This document shows, piece by piece, positions 24,758 to 36,573 of a stretch of 64,000 nt of DNA (position 1 is the stretch's first letter; every line of letters begins with the position of its first letter). The DNA is from Podarcis filfolensis (taxonomy: Eukaryota). The translations under genes were made by a program, and so were the position numbers. A model generated the notes under the pieces. That model searched no databases. It saw nothing but the letters and a program-made list of their open reading frames with translations, and was not told the DNA's origin. The stretch is from NCBI GenBank assembly GCA_964270895.1, contig OZ185443.1; one strand, written 5' to 3'.

Positions 24758-27560
24758 CCTAATGTGCTCTTATTGCAAACCACAGCATTGGAAACGGACA
24801 AGGTCCTTGCAATGATCTGGCCAGCAACATATCTCCTTGCTCCTTGTACCGCTCGGATTATAAAAATTTGCAGAGGGGCTACGACCAGGCAGATTCAGGG
24901 GGTGTTCAATGCATCCTTGTAGAAGGGAATGATCCTGGCTGTCTTGAAAGATGTACACCACCATTTGCCAGCAACGATGATGCAAGACAGCAGGGTGCAG
25001 GTGAATGCACATGCTGCTGTGATCTTTTGCGACTACTAAGTAATGTGTTCGCACCTTGCTGGGCAGAAATGTCTTTCTGTGAAGTGCATTGACTAAAAGA
25101 GATGGAAGCTAGGATTTCCAGACTCCAGGAAACATGCCTATATATTCAGGGGAAAATGTTGATGTTGGCCTGCATACCTGAATTGGGTTATTTTTGGATT
25201 TCGGCAGCATTCCCAGCATTCCGAACAACAGCATTCCGAACATTGTCCAGCAGCTATGGGAGAAAGGAAACCACAGTCATCAAGCATGCAGCTACTGGAG
25301 GATGAATAGGCTTTGCTAATTTGCAGCACAAAATAGAGAGCACATTCATTTACTCTGTGTCCTTAATGGCTGAGGCTGCTATCCTAACCATGTTTACTCA
25401 GAAGTTGTGCAATAATTTTTAGGTTGCTATTAATATTTCTAGTTCAGCAGCATGTTTGGAGGAAGCTCTCTCAAACCATTCATGAGCTATGCAACAATAT
25501 CACTGCTAAGAAATATAGCTTATTTCAGCTGGGGATGGGGGGACAGAGCATACCGTATCCTGAACACTGGACCTTCTTTCTGCAAAGCAAATGAAAAGAA
25601 GTTGTCTCGGATTAAGAAGTGTTGAGTATCAACACCTCCATTTGAACTCAATAGCAGCTACAGTTGCCCAGCATTTCTGAAAACTAAACCAATATTATTT
25701 AAAACAACCATTGATTTTGGATGGCCTTCTTAAAATGCTGTTACAGAGCTTGTTTTCTCAGATTGTAAGCACTCAGCAGTTTTTGAAAGACAGACCCTAA
25801 TTCAGTGTCTCAGGCTTGGCAGCCAGAAACAGAGCAGTTACTTTTCCAAAGGTTGACCCATCCGCCACCAATTGCAAAGTTTGAGCTGGCACTCAGCAGT
25901 CAGAGTTTAATTTTGGTTTACTGTCTGCGTAAATTGAGTATTCTGATTTTAGTGCATCTTTGTCCTTAAACTGGTGCCACTGAGGGTGCAACTGAGATTG
26001 GATACCCTGTGGGTTTTAAAGGGTCAATACAGAACTAATCCAAGTCTCTCCTGGAGCTGTTATAGGCATCATGGGTACCAATATGTTTTGCCATGAGGCA
26101 AACTACAACTCATTGGGATCCAGGGATGCTCAGCTTTGTTGCAGGTTCTCTGCGCAATTGTGGGGCAGGGGCAGAAACTGCAGTGTTTGTTCCTGACATT
26201 GGGCAATTGGGACAGACTAGGTTTGCTGCCTGCCTCACTGCTCAGCAGTCTCCCTGCCTGAGCTGAGAGAGGCTGCATTGAGCTTGCTGCAGGGCATGTT
26301 GACATCACTGGCGTATGCCACGGGGCGTGCTGATGTGTCGTGCAGATGCTCCAAAGCTAGTGCATGTTCAATCATTCATTTCCAGAAATGTCGTCTGCTT
26401 CTGTGCACAGAGAGCTGAGATTCTGCTGCTTGTTTCTTGAAGGTGGACTTTTGCTCAGGAACTTGAAGCTCATTAACCAGGAATATTACTGGAAGCTGGG
26501 TATAAGGAAGGAAAGATGTTCTCTAAAAATGTTTGGGAATTGTATCCTGAATACAAACATTCTACATTAACCGGACTACTCGAAACAAAACGTGATGATG
26601 AAATTAATATCATACCCTAATTGGAGCTGTGGTCTAAATACAGCATTTTCAAATGCATCACCTTGCAATAAGTTGTCCCAGCATGAAAGACAAAAATAGA
26701 AGTCATTCAAAATAAGTCTTCATTGGCTGATACTATGATGTGGTCATCAGCATCATTTGATGTCAAACCGTAATTTACTATGAAATATTGAGTCTAATCC
26801 CCCCCCACACACCATGATTCCACAAGATTTGTCAAAGGACTAAATAAGAAAGCAATGTGCTATGGTGGATTGAATTGGATTTGGCCAGGACCATGTGGAT
26901 TTAAACTTCCCTCCATCAATGAAGCACCCTGGATAATTTTGGACAAATCACCTATCTCCCAGCATAACTTCCCTCCTGGGATGGCTTGAGAATAAGTGAA
27001 GCGACCCCATCAATTTCATCAGAATGCAAAATGGCACTCAAACCTTTAAAAGTTAAACCACAAATCTAAATGCATGCATTAGAATCAACCTTAATCCATA
27101 CTGTTTGACAAAATACATTTCTGATTTCTCTCTTTTTTTTAAAAAAAAAAGGATTAAAATATTAAAATGATGTTTTAATTATACCTTTTGTCTAGGGTCA
27201 TGCTTGTTTTACCCAATACTTATTGTTAAAAATTCTTTTATTCCTAAATCCCCCAGGATGCAGTCACAAAGTGGCAGTGTTATGAACTCCTGACCAGAAG
27301 AACAAAGGCAATCACACAGTGCCTGCGTATTTATGATCTGTTTTCACAGCATGGAACTTATTTCAAAACCACCTCTCTCGTTGAGTTGTGCAGTGAAGTT
27401 TTCCTTCCCCTGGGCACAAGTCTTCTGTCTCACTGGCTTCAATAAGTAACTTTTTATTGTGTCTAATCATGTGCAAATGTGTTAAAATTGGTAGTTTTTA
27501 GCAAACAGTTATGGAACATATTACCGTAAGGCATTTGTTCATGGCGTGACAATTATTGGC

Positions 27561-27724
27561 NNNNNNNNNNNNNNNNNNNNNNNNNNNNNNNNNNNNNNNN
27601 NNNNNNNNNNNNNNNNNNNNNNNNNNNNNNNNNNNNNNNNNNNNNNNNNNNNNNNNNNNNNNNNNNNNNNNNNNNNNNNNNNNNNNNNNNNNNNNNNNNN
27701 NNNNNNNNNNNNNNNNNNNNNNNN
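27561..27724. other. N run (about 164 nt)
   Basis: Direct reading; right edge fixed using the ORF track frame. Confidence 0.9.
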
Positions 27725-27981
27725 GAGCTTTTTGCAGGATGTTAATTTAATATACTGGCATATTTCATGCATACTTTTTATATTTTGTATGCTTGAAGCT
27801 ACCTCGACAGTGACCACCCAGAAATAAGAGACTTCTTTTCAAGATCCCGAACTTAGGAGCACAAAAAAGCTGTCCATGAAATGTCGTGACTCTAATCTAA
27901 GGTGATACTTGCCAACCTAAGGGGCTGAATTACAGTATAATGTTTCAGCTGACCCCACAACATATCTATGTATACCATAAG

Positions 27982-27984
<3 letters not shown>

Positions 27985-28043
<59 letters not shown>
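27985..28043. repeat. Compound (AG)n(ACAG)n microsatellite
   Basis: Direct reading. Confidence 0.97.
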
Positions 28044-29190
28044 GGGGGGCAGGCATGACAAACACTCTAAGCTTAGATTTCCTATGAAATAGACTTCCAT
28101 GACAATCCCATTTTCAATAGGCAACTTGGGCTGCTGTCTTGAATTGCATACAACTCTGTGGAACAATTTCTAGTTGTTGGGTTTTGTTTTGTTTTTTGAA
28201 GCGAAGGGACCCGTTTTATCCAAAAAGAGTCTCCAGCTCCACTTCGTATACCGTGGGTCACATTGCCATGAAAACTCTAATGGACTTGGATTATATCACA
28301 CAGTTACACTGCATTTTGCAGATTTGGACCAACATTTCTCCCAATGTAATTTTGATTTACCCTTCTAGTATGTTGCCAGACAGAATGAAGGTCATTCTCC
28401 TTCCCTTATCAAGATCTTTATTCACTACTGCCAGGTTTGCAGATGCTCTCAGCTGCACCACTATGGGGCAGCCACCACAGGAGGCCCAACTGACAGCATT
28501 CTCAAACCTAGCAGTAGTGAATAAAGATCTTGATAAGAAATATTATAAAATATAATGGGTATGCTACTTTACATCAAAGCATCTGTTCAGTGAAGGCATT
28601 GGTCACACTTTTTTGTCAAAATGTTAAATAAATGGTGTCCTTACCTTTGCGAACATTCATTTTGTGTGTGTTTTTTCAAAAAGCTGAAGAGTTTAAGGAA
28701 TATTCCCAGCAAAATGTGATGTATTTTATATGACACACACACACACACACACACAAAGCTGAGGCATGGCTAGAAACATGCAAGCAAATTAGATCAAAGC
28801 AACAATAATCCTAACAGCAAAATGAAAAGATATATTTCTTCTGGGCAGCTTTGTGTTAGTGGGATCTGTGACTTCGTGTCCTTGAGAACATTGGCTGCTT
28901 TGAAAGATCTGCCTGTCTTTCTGCCATTTTTATGGACTGAGAAGGGAGAAAAAGAACATTTTCCCCTTTCCCATTTCACGCAATCAGGCACCAGCCCACC
29001 CATGAGATGGGGTGAAGCAGCTATTTCGGGTGCCTTGTCTGCTATGGCACCTCAACTGTTGGTGGAGAAACAGCAGCAGTGGAGAAGCAGCACTGACATA
29101 AGCACCAAATTCTGGCAAGATCTGCCTGAGAGCTCGTTGGAACCTGCACCACCACATAACCTAGATATGGGAGTCTTCAGTGGGGCTGGT

Positions 29191-29300
29191 AATAATAATA
29201 ATTTAATAATTTATTATTTATACCCCACCCATCTGGCTGGGTTTCCCCCAGCCACTCTGGGCAGCTTCCAACTGAATATTAAAAACAATACAGCGTCAGG
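29191..29300 (-). mobile_element. L2 LINE 3' tail
   Basis: ataccccacccatctggctgggtttcccccagccactctgggcagcttccaac after (AAT)n. Confidence 0.8.
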
Positions 29301-30264
29301 TCACACACACAAAAATTACACCTTAAGGAGAATCAGGCATAAGTACCCATCCTCCTCACTGCTGTAGTGTGGGCACATGAAGGCTAAGTTGGAAGTGAGT
29401 CCAAGATGTAGGGAGTGTTTAAAGTCTGCATGGCACAAAAGTTAAGATGGGAACCTTAATCTATAATTTCTAGACTTTTCAATGCATGAGCGACTCTTTA
29501 AATGCCTTACCCCTTCACTCACACCAAAGGGTTTTTTGATCCTAGAACATACATTCTTCAGAGAGATACAATGGCCTCACTTGTTCCTACTCCTCCCCGT
29601 GCCAAATCTCTCATCTGCAGCGCAACCCACTTCTTATTACGTTACCATGCAAGTTTCAAACAAGGGCTGTTCCAAAATTGAAAATCTTACAGTAGGCCAA
29701 AACAGAGAGAAAGGGGATGAATGGGAGAAACTCACATAGTTTGTCTTTCAAAATGCTCCCTGAGTGGTAGGGAAGGACCCTCCATTTATGTTTCTTTTAA
29801 ATAAACACAGATATAACTAAATATATATTGGCAGCAGTATTTATAGACTCGGGATATCCAATATTTCTGGAGGAACAACTTGCCAGGAGCGCAACAGCTG
29901 CATCTAATTTCCATAAAATGGAGCAGATTGTTTCAGCTGCCCTTTAATATGAAGGCAAGGCCCACTGAGTATATCCAGTATTTGATGGTCTCTTCTGATC
30001 CAAGTATTTTGCTCTGTGCAAGGTAGCTGGTCCCTGTATCTTGATGCCACATGCATGCTCCTGGACGCATTAATATATTGCCATTCTCTCTCATGCACTT
30101 CCCATTCCATGAGCTGGAAGCACAACTGAGCAGTGTGGCGAGGTCCGGGGGGCATGGCCAAATTCTGAGTGGATACAACAAGGCATCCCCACACAGGCGC
30201 CAGCTTCTGCGAGGATCCCCACCCCACCCTGGTGAAGGCAGCAGAGCAGTCCATTGGTGGGCTG

Positions 30265-30686
30265 TGTCAGGCGTGTGTGCAGGAGCCAGGCCCTGTGACC
30301 AGTAGGACTTTGCAGGACTGGGGCCTTCCTAAGATGAGGAGAGGTGAGGCCAATTGGTAACTCACAGCACCTGGTGGCACGAGCCAGGAAGGGATATAAG
30401 GGATATAAGGTCAGCATTTCCCTTCAGCTCTTTGCCACAACAACACGTTCCCTGCCTTGCTGCATTTGGCTCCTTGCTTCTTGATCCTTGGACCCTTGAC
30501 TCGTGACTCCTTGCTTCCTGACCCTCAGACCCTTTGCTTCTTGACTCCGGGCTCTCGGACTCTCAGACTCTTGGCCTCCTGACTCCTGGCTTCTGGACTC
30601 CCGTTCCGGCTCCCGCCCCGCCATCTTGCCCCCGGTCCCGACGTCCACAGCCGGGACTTCGATCGCCCATGAACCGGACTGTGACA
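30265..30686 (+). mobile_element. Solo LTR, Gypsy-like, CpG-rich (422 bp)
   Basis: TGTCA...TGACA termini; exact 5-bp TSD ggctg at 30260-30264 and 30687-30691; duplicated gggatataa TATA-like motif near 30390-30410; gactc-rich repeats downstream. Confidence 0.88.
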
Positions 30687-31107
30687 GGCTGCCACTGCCC
30701 AGGCACATCCTGGCGGGTCCCATCTCCAGCTCCCCATCCTTCCCTGCCTGCCTGCCTCTGGGGGTCTCTGTGCCCTGGAGCCCAGCGTGGCCTTGCTGCC
30801 ACTTCCCCGGCAGAGGCTGGCAACTGCGGAGGCTCTGTGCAGGCCAAGCAGAGGGCTCCATCTATCTTCCTTGTGCTTGTAAGGACAAATTATTGAGGCC
30901 AGGCTTCTCTTCAGTCTACAGGCTAGTAGGGGGGTCACTCAGGCAGCATTAGTGGCTTGCCCCCTGCTACAACCCACACTACACTGCTGCAACTGAGACT
31001 ATTTGGAAAGCAGCAAATCTGAGTATCAGCTGTTTATATGCAGAAGGATTTTGGAAAGATTCTCTTTGCTATGCATATGCACCAGACACATGGAGAAGCT
31101 TTGAGGG

Positions 31108-31210
31108 ATCATAGAATTATAGAGTTGGAAGGGTGCTCAGGGGTCATCTAGTCCAACCCCCTGCAAAGCAGGAAGCTCGTCTAGATGGTACATGACAGAT
31201 AGCCATCCAC
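31108..31210 (-). mobile_element. CR1 3' tail
   Basis: atcatagaattatagagttggaaggg is the reverse complement of the CR1 (ATTCTRTG)-type tail seen at 47581-47621. Confidence 0.8.
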
Positions 31211-31946
31211 AATGTTTCCTGGGATGGTACCTGAGATCAAGGAGCAGGTCTGGCAACAATTGGATGCCACAGTGAATCCAGACGATGGCATGAACTTTTC
31301 AAAACTGCTCTGATTATTTTTAGCTTCTTAGAATTCCCAAGCAACTCCAGGTACCAGTCACAAATGAAGCTGATCAGCATGCCAAAAACAAGACATTAAA
31401 AAGGGAAGTGTCGGAGGTGAGGCAGTCTCTATATGCACACTTCCCCGAGTCCAGGAGTTCAGAAGGGTCAAGGTTTCAGTAATGTGTGGGTGGCCAATGT
31501 GATTGGAGCTGTCCTCCATGAGAGACTGGGCCACAAGACCTAAAACTGCATGAAACACATTCCATTTAAAACAAATCTTTCTTCTATCCAACTGAGAACT
31601 GATTTCTCAGCTGCCTCTGGATAAAATAGAAGTGCATGCTCGGTTTGCCCTGTTGTTGCAACACCTTTGGTTCTTCACAAAGAACAAATTTCCGAGGCTT
31701 CCTTACTCAAAGGCCCACCTTTTCCATGAAACCTTTGGTACAACTATTTTACCCCACATAAGTAAGCCCAGGTAAATGTATCTGTCACGAAGTATATTCT
31801 TCCCTAGATACTGCTTCCTAGTCCTACTTTTCCCTCCCATTGCTGTTGTATCCTCTGTGGTGGGCTTCAGAGGGTAAGTTCCCCAGGCCAGGGGCTATTC
31901 CCTTTAACACTCTGTAAAGTGCCATGCATATCAATGGTGTGATATA

Positions 31947-32093
31947 TATTTTATTTATTTACTGGACTTATATGCTGTCATTTTCTCCAAGAAGCTCAAG
32001 GTGGCATGCAGAGTTCTCTTCTCTCCTCATTTAATCCCCACAACAACCCTGTGAGGAAGGTTAGGCTGAGAGGCAGTGACTGGCCACCCAGTG
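31947..32093 (-). mobile_element. MIR/Squam3-like SINE fragment
   Basis: ccccacaacaaccctgtgaggaaggttaggctgagag...gactggcc is the MIR-type core in reverse. Confidence 0.7.
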
Positions 32094-32100
32094 ATATACA

Positions 32101-32168
32101 TAGAGGTTTGGGCTGTAGCATCTTCTTGCCATGTGCTGCCAGGTCTGGCTGGCCTTCAGTTCCGGGGT
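32101..32168 (+). repeat. Left arm of long-range inverted repeat (partner 35384-35450)
   Basis: 50 of first 53 bases identical to the reverse complement of 35398-35450. Confidence 0.95.
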
Positions 32169-32214
32169 TCTGCAAGTCATCACTGTTATTGTGAAAGGCT
32201 CGTTGGGTTGGTTT

Positions 32215-32227
32215 TCTTTCTTTCTTT

Positions 32228-32263
<36 letters not shown>

Positions 32264-32265
32264 TT
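32215..32265. repeat. (TTTC)n microsatellite
   Basis: Direct reading. Confidence 0.95.
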
Positions 32266-32300
32266 CGCCTGTGTCCTTTCTGCACAGCCCCTTGTTCATT

Positions 32301-32415
32301 CAATAATAATTTTATTATTTATACCCTGTCCATCTGGCTGGGTTTCCCCAGCCACTCTGGGCGGCTTCCAGTAAAATATAAAAAATAATAAAATGTCAAA
32401 TATTAAAAACTTCCT
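32301..32415 (-). mobile_element. L2 LINE 3' tail
   Basis: Same tail as 4326 and 29191. Confidence 0.8.
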
Positions 32416-33304
32416 GATACATTCATAGTGCAATGCAAATAAAATAGATATTGTATAAACGAATGAATGAATGAATCATATAGTATGAACACATATAGTA
32501 AATGGGGCTTTGCATCGCAATATTGTTTGATGTACAAGTCAGCCTGTGATGTTCTCCTCTTCCGCCTTCCATGCTTCCAAGCAGCCATCATGCCCAATAT
32601 TTGATAGAGCAGGTTGATATTTAATATCATAGATTGCATAACAGGTCAAATGTGCAGATCAGAGGAATTATGGAGCGCATATTATCTGGGATTCACTTTT
32701 ACAAGCCTACAAAGTATTATTTATTGTTCCGTGACTGCTACCAGTTGGCTGATGATGTCACACTTGGCTTTTTCCACATCTTTTTCTGTCACCCTGGTTT
32801 CAGCCGAGGGAAACTCTACACTGTGGCAAAAAAGCAGGAAGATGTCAGAAAGCATGTGCTCTGATTTATCACACCCCAAACATTCCGAGAACACAGACAG
32901 TATGTAATGCCTGATAGAGTGCTTTTGCATAAGCATATCAGCAGTTCTCTCCCCCTTTGTCAGTAGTACTAGATAAACGGGAGAGTTCCTGTTCTCTGGT
33001 GTCTCAGTCAGAAGACCTGTCAGCAGCTCTGTGATGACCATCTGGGGGAATCAGACTCTTGGCCCAAAGCAAGGTGACGTAATACTCAAGGAGCTTTGGC
33101 AAGGACACGGTGGATTAGGTTAAAAACCTATCATATTTGTTAGCTAACTGGATGACAGCATTGGAGCGCACAATAAAATGCTTTCATTGATGCTTAGTAA
33201 ATCCCCTGAGTTCACCACACTTGCGTACATGTTGAGCTCATCTTCTAGGCTGGGATGAAGCTCAGAAAAAGCTAGCTCCCCTTTTGTCCCAAGAATAAAA
33301 TGTC

Positions 33305-33318
33305 TCTGTCTGTCTATC

Positions 33319-33361
<43 letters not shown>

Positions 33362-33381
33362 ATCTATCTATCTATCTATCT
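33305..33381. repeat. (TCTA)n microsatellite
   Basis: Direct reading. Confidence 0.97.
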
Positions 33382-33638
33382 AGGGCATGATCACAACCCA
33401 AGTTTTATTAGAAGAGTTAAACATGGGTGTAGCCAGCAGTCAGGGATGATGGGAGTTGTAGTCAAGCAACATCTGGAGGGTCAAAGGTTTTCCACCCCTG
33501 ATTCATTCCATTAATATCTTTGGCAGCAAATCTTGCACTTCAGTGGATTTATTTATTTTTAACCAAATAACAGAGCTCCAAAATGAAAGCTTTTAACAGA
33601 GCTCCAAAACAAAAGCACAACTCTATCTTTTAGGATCT

Positions 33639-34075
33639 TCACTGGCTCTCAGTACGTTTCTGAGCACAATTCAAAGTGTTGGTGCTGATCTTTAAAGCCC
33701 TAAACGGCCTCGTCCCAGTATACCTGAAGAAGCATCTCCACCTGCATTGCTTAGCCTGGACATTGAGGTCCTCCTCCAAGGGTCTTCTGCTGGTTCCCTC
33801 ACTGCGAGAAGTGAAGTTACAGGGAACCAGGTGAAGGGCATTCTCGGTAGTGGCTCCCTCCCTGTGGAATTCCCTCCCTTCAGGTGTCAAGGAAATAAAG
33901 AATCACACAATGTTTAGAAGACATCTGAAGGCAGCGCTGTATTGGAAGGTTTTTAATGCTTGATGTTCTTATTACGTTTTTAGATATGCTGTAAGCTGCC
34001 CAGAGTGGCTGGGAAAACACAGCCAGATAGGCAGGGTATAAATAATAAAATTGTTGTTGTTGTTGTTTTGTTATT
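33639..34075 (+). mobile_element. L2 LINE 3' fragment
   Basis: cactggct...aattcaaagtgttggtgctgatctttaaagccctaaacggc (HWL...FKVLVLIFKALNG), ending in the L2 tail and (TTG)n. Confidence 0.88.
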
Positions 34076-34249
34076 GTTGTTCTTTCTTTCTCCCATCTTT
34101 GCTTTCCTGAAACAATCATAGGAACTGTAGTTCATTAAGCATGCTTGAAATTGTAGCTCTGTGAGGGGTACACTATATTGTGAGTGTGACCATATGCATA
34201 CATACTTGGGAGTAAGTTTCATTGGACTCAATAGGGAAGGGATTTAGAG

Positions 34250-34537
34250 GATGATGATGATGATGATGATTTCCATCTAACTGGGTTGCCCCAGCCACTC
34301 TCGGCGGCTTCCAACAAATTAGAAAACCACACACATACAAAAAAATCAAACATTGAAAACTTCCCTATACAGGGCTGCCTTCAGATGTCTTCTAAGTCAG
34401 ATAGTTTTTTATTTCCTTGACATCCGAGGGGAGGGCATTCCACAAGGTTGGGTACAGCTACTGAGAAAGCCCTCTGCCTGGTTCCCTGTAATCTCGCTTC
34501 TTGCTGAATGATAGGGGTGGAGACGCTTCTTCTGGTA
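34250..34537 (-). mobile_element. L2 LINE 3' fragment with (GAT)n tail
   Basis: Reverse-complement similarity to 33639-34075; abuts the MITE at 34538. Confidence 0.85.
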
Positions 34538-34763
34538 CAGTCGTACCTCGGGTTAAGAACTTAATTTGTTCTGGAGGTCTGTTCTTAACCTGAAACTTTT
34601 CTTAACCTGAAGCACCACTTTAGCTAATGGGGCCTCCTGCTGCCGTTGCACTGCTGCTGCATGATTTCTGTTCTCATCCTGAAGCAAAGTTCTTAACCCG
34701 AGCTACTATTTCTGGGTTAGCAGAGTCTGTAACCTGAAGCGTATGTAACCTAAGGTACCACTG
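34538..34763 (+). mobile_element. Tigger/pogo-like MITE, copy 3 (226 bp)
   Basis: TIR cagtcgtacctcgggtta / taacctaaggtaccactg; TA TSD. Confidence 0.92.
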
Positions 34764-35383
34764 TACTCAGTATAAGGCACAAATGGGGAACCTGTAGCTT
34801 TCCAGATAGAACAGAACTAAAAACCATCCCTAACCATTGGCCAAGCTGCCTGGGTAAATGGGATTTAGAACTGAACAACCTCTGGATAGCCACGGGGTCC
34901 CTCTTGCAAGGCAACGTCATAAGTTCCAGTATAAGCCTTGAATCAGCACATAAAGGATCTGGTGGCGTGTGCATTGATGTTGTAGCCCTGCTCCTCATAC
35001 TGAGAATGGTGTGCAGTGGATCATGGTTAGGATACTGTCATGCACCATCAGTTTTTGAAACCTCTCCATTTCCAAAGGGGTTTGCCATGTGGAGTGTGGG
35101 ATGGGGATGTTATTTGAGAACTACAAGTCCAAAGCCTTCTTGGGATCCTGGCCAGTGTTTGCTTTTGTGTTTATTTGTAAGACTTCCTGCCAAGTTGCCA
35201 CAAGCAGGCAGTTCTCCCAGCTGAGCTTCGTTGCAGTCTGCCAACCTCTCTGAAACTGACACACATCTGCAAGGCTGGCTTGTGTCTTCCCAGCAGAGCA
35301 GTGCTACTTTCCAAGCAGTGGAGTATCCTTGCTTCACTCCACAAACCCAAGACCTGCCTTTTTAAAGCAGTCTGGAGCTTTTG

Positions 35384-35450
35384 ACCCAGGAACCAAAGCC
35401 AGCCAGACCTGGCAGCGCATGGCAAGAAGATGCTACAGCCCAGACTTCTA
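35384..35450 (-). repeat. Right arm of long-range inverted repeat (partner 32101-32168)
   Basis: See left arm. Confidence 0.95.
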
Positions 35451-35999
35451 ATACCTGAAACGCTATGTCACAAAGACACAGAAATGCCAAGAGAAACAAA
35501 CAAACAAATAATTTTTAAACATCAGTATTTTTCATCAGAAAATAGATCACATACTTCCTGCCAAGAAAAACTATCAAACATCACCAAAAAAGGATCGTCA
35601 GAGAGAAAAAACATACACACAACACCCACACAAACACACACACACACACACAGTATACAAAGCTTAAAACATATAAAAAAGCAATGAATCCAGTACTAAA
35701 AGCCTACACACACCACAAAATTAACAAAATATAAATTGGAATTTATATACAGTTTATATTTACAGTTAACTGAAAACTGCATCAAAACTAAATCAAACCA
35801 GAACTAATGACCATTACATTAATTAGAAATCTTTTAAATACTGTATATATGTGAATGGTGGAACAGAATTTAGGAAGTAACTTTTTCAACTAAGCTCACA
35901 CATTCATAGAAGAATCAGAGAAGGCTGAGAGACCAATAAGCTTCTTGGTAGGTGAAGCCTTTTTGTAAATTATTGGAATACACACATTCCAAGACAGTG

Positions 36000-36088
36000 T
36001 GCAATCTTACACTTTATTTTCACTCTGTAAGTTGCCCAGAGTGGCTGGGGAAACCCAGGAAGATGGGCAGGATATAAATAATAAAAGT

Positions 36089-36122
<34 letters not shown>
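36000..36122 (+). mobile_element. L2 LINE 3' tail with (ATG)n
   Basis: gttgcccagagtggctggggaaacccaggaagatgggcaggatataaat then (ATG)n. Confidence 0.8.
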
Positions 36123-36124
<2 letters not shown>

Positions 36125-36213
36125 CACCTCCCCCCCCGCCTCTTTCTGCTATACTGGTCTTCATATTCCTCTGGTTTATATATACTGTTTGCCTTGAGGA
36201 TTATTGTAACTAA

Positions 36214-36383
36214 GGCTGCATACACTATACATTTAAAGCACACACACACACACACACACACCAGAATCCTGGAAACTGTGGTTTGTTAAAAGGTGCTTGG
36301 AATTGTAGCTCTATGAGGGATAAACTGTGGTTCCCAGGATTCTTGGGGTGGGTGTGCTTTAAATGTATGGTGTGTACAAAGCC
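36214..36383. mobile_element. Harbinger-like short palindromic MITE with internal (CA)n
   Basis: TIRs ggctgcatacactatacatttaaagcac / gtgctttaaatgtatggtgtgtacaaagcc; TWA-type flanks taa / tta. Confidence 0.8.
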
Positions 36384-36435
36384 TTAGATACGTTAATTAT
36401 AACACCCCATGACAATAAGTTTATAAGCTTAAGTA

Positions 36436-36573
36436 TGAATAGTTCAGTCAGTGGAGCACAAGACTCTTAATCTCAGAGGTTGTGGGTTCAAGCTCCATGT
36501 TGGGCAAAAGATTCCTGCATTGCAGTTGGACTAAATGACTTTTGTGGACCCTTCCAAGTCTACAATTCTATGA
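36436..36573 (+). mobile_element. tRNA-Lys(CTT)-derived SINE with CR1 3' tail
   Basis: Head agttcagtcagtggagcacaagactcttaatctcagaggttgtgggttcaagctccatgttgggc follows tRNA-Lys(CTT) with several mismatches; fused directly to CR1 tail cccttccaagtctacaattctatga. Confidence 0.85.

Noticed and set aside
28822-29367. 181-aa ORF (also 30424-30938 ORFs)
   Set aside because: Runs through MITE-like, L2-tail or LTR sequence; GC-rich stop-poor repeats explain the length.
36436-36505. Functional tRNA-Lys gene
   Set aside because: Multiple stem-breaking substitutions and direct fusion to a CR1 tail mark it as a SINE head.
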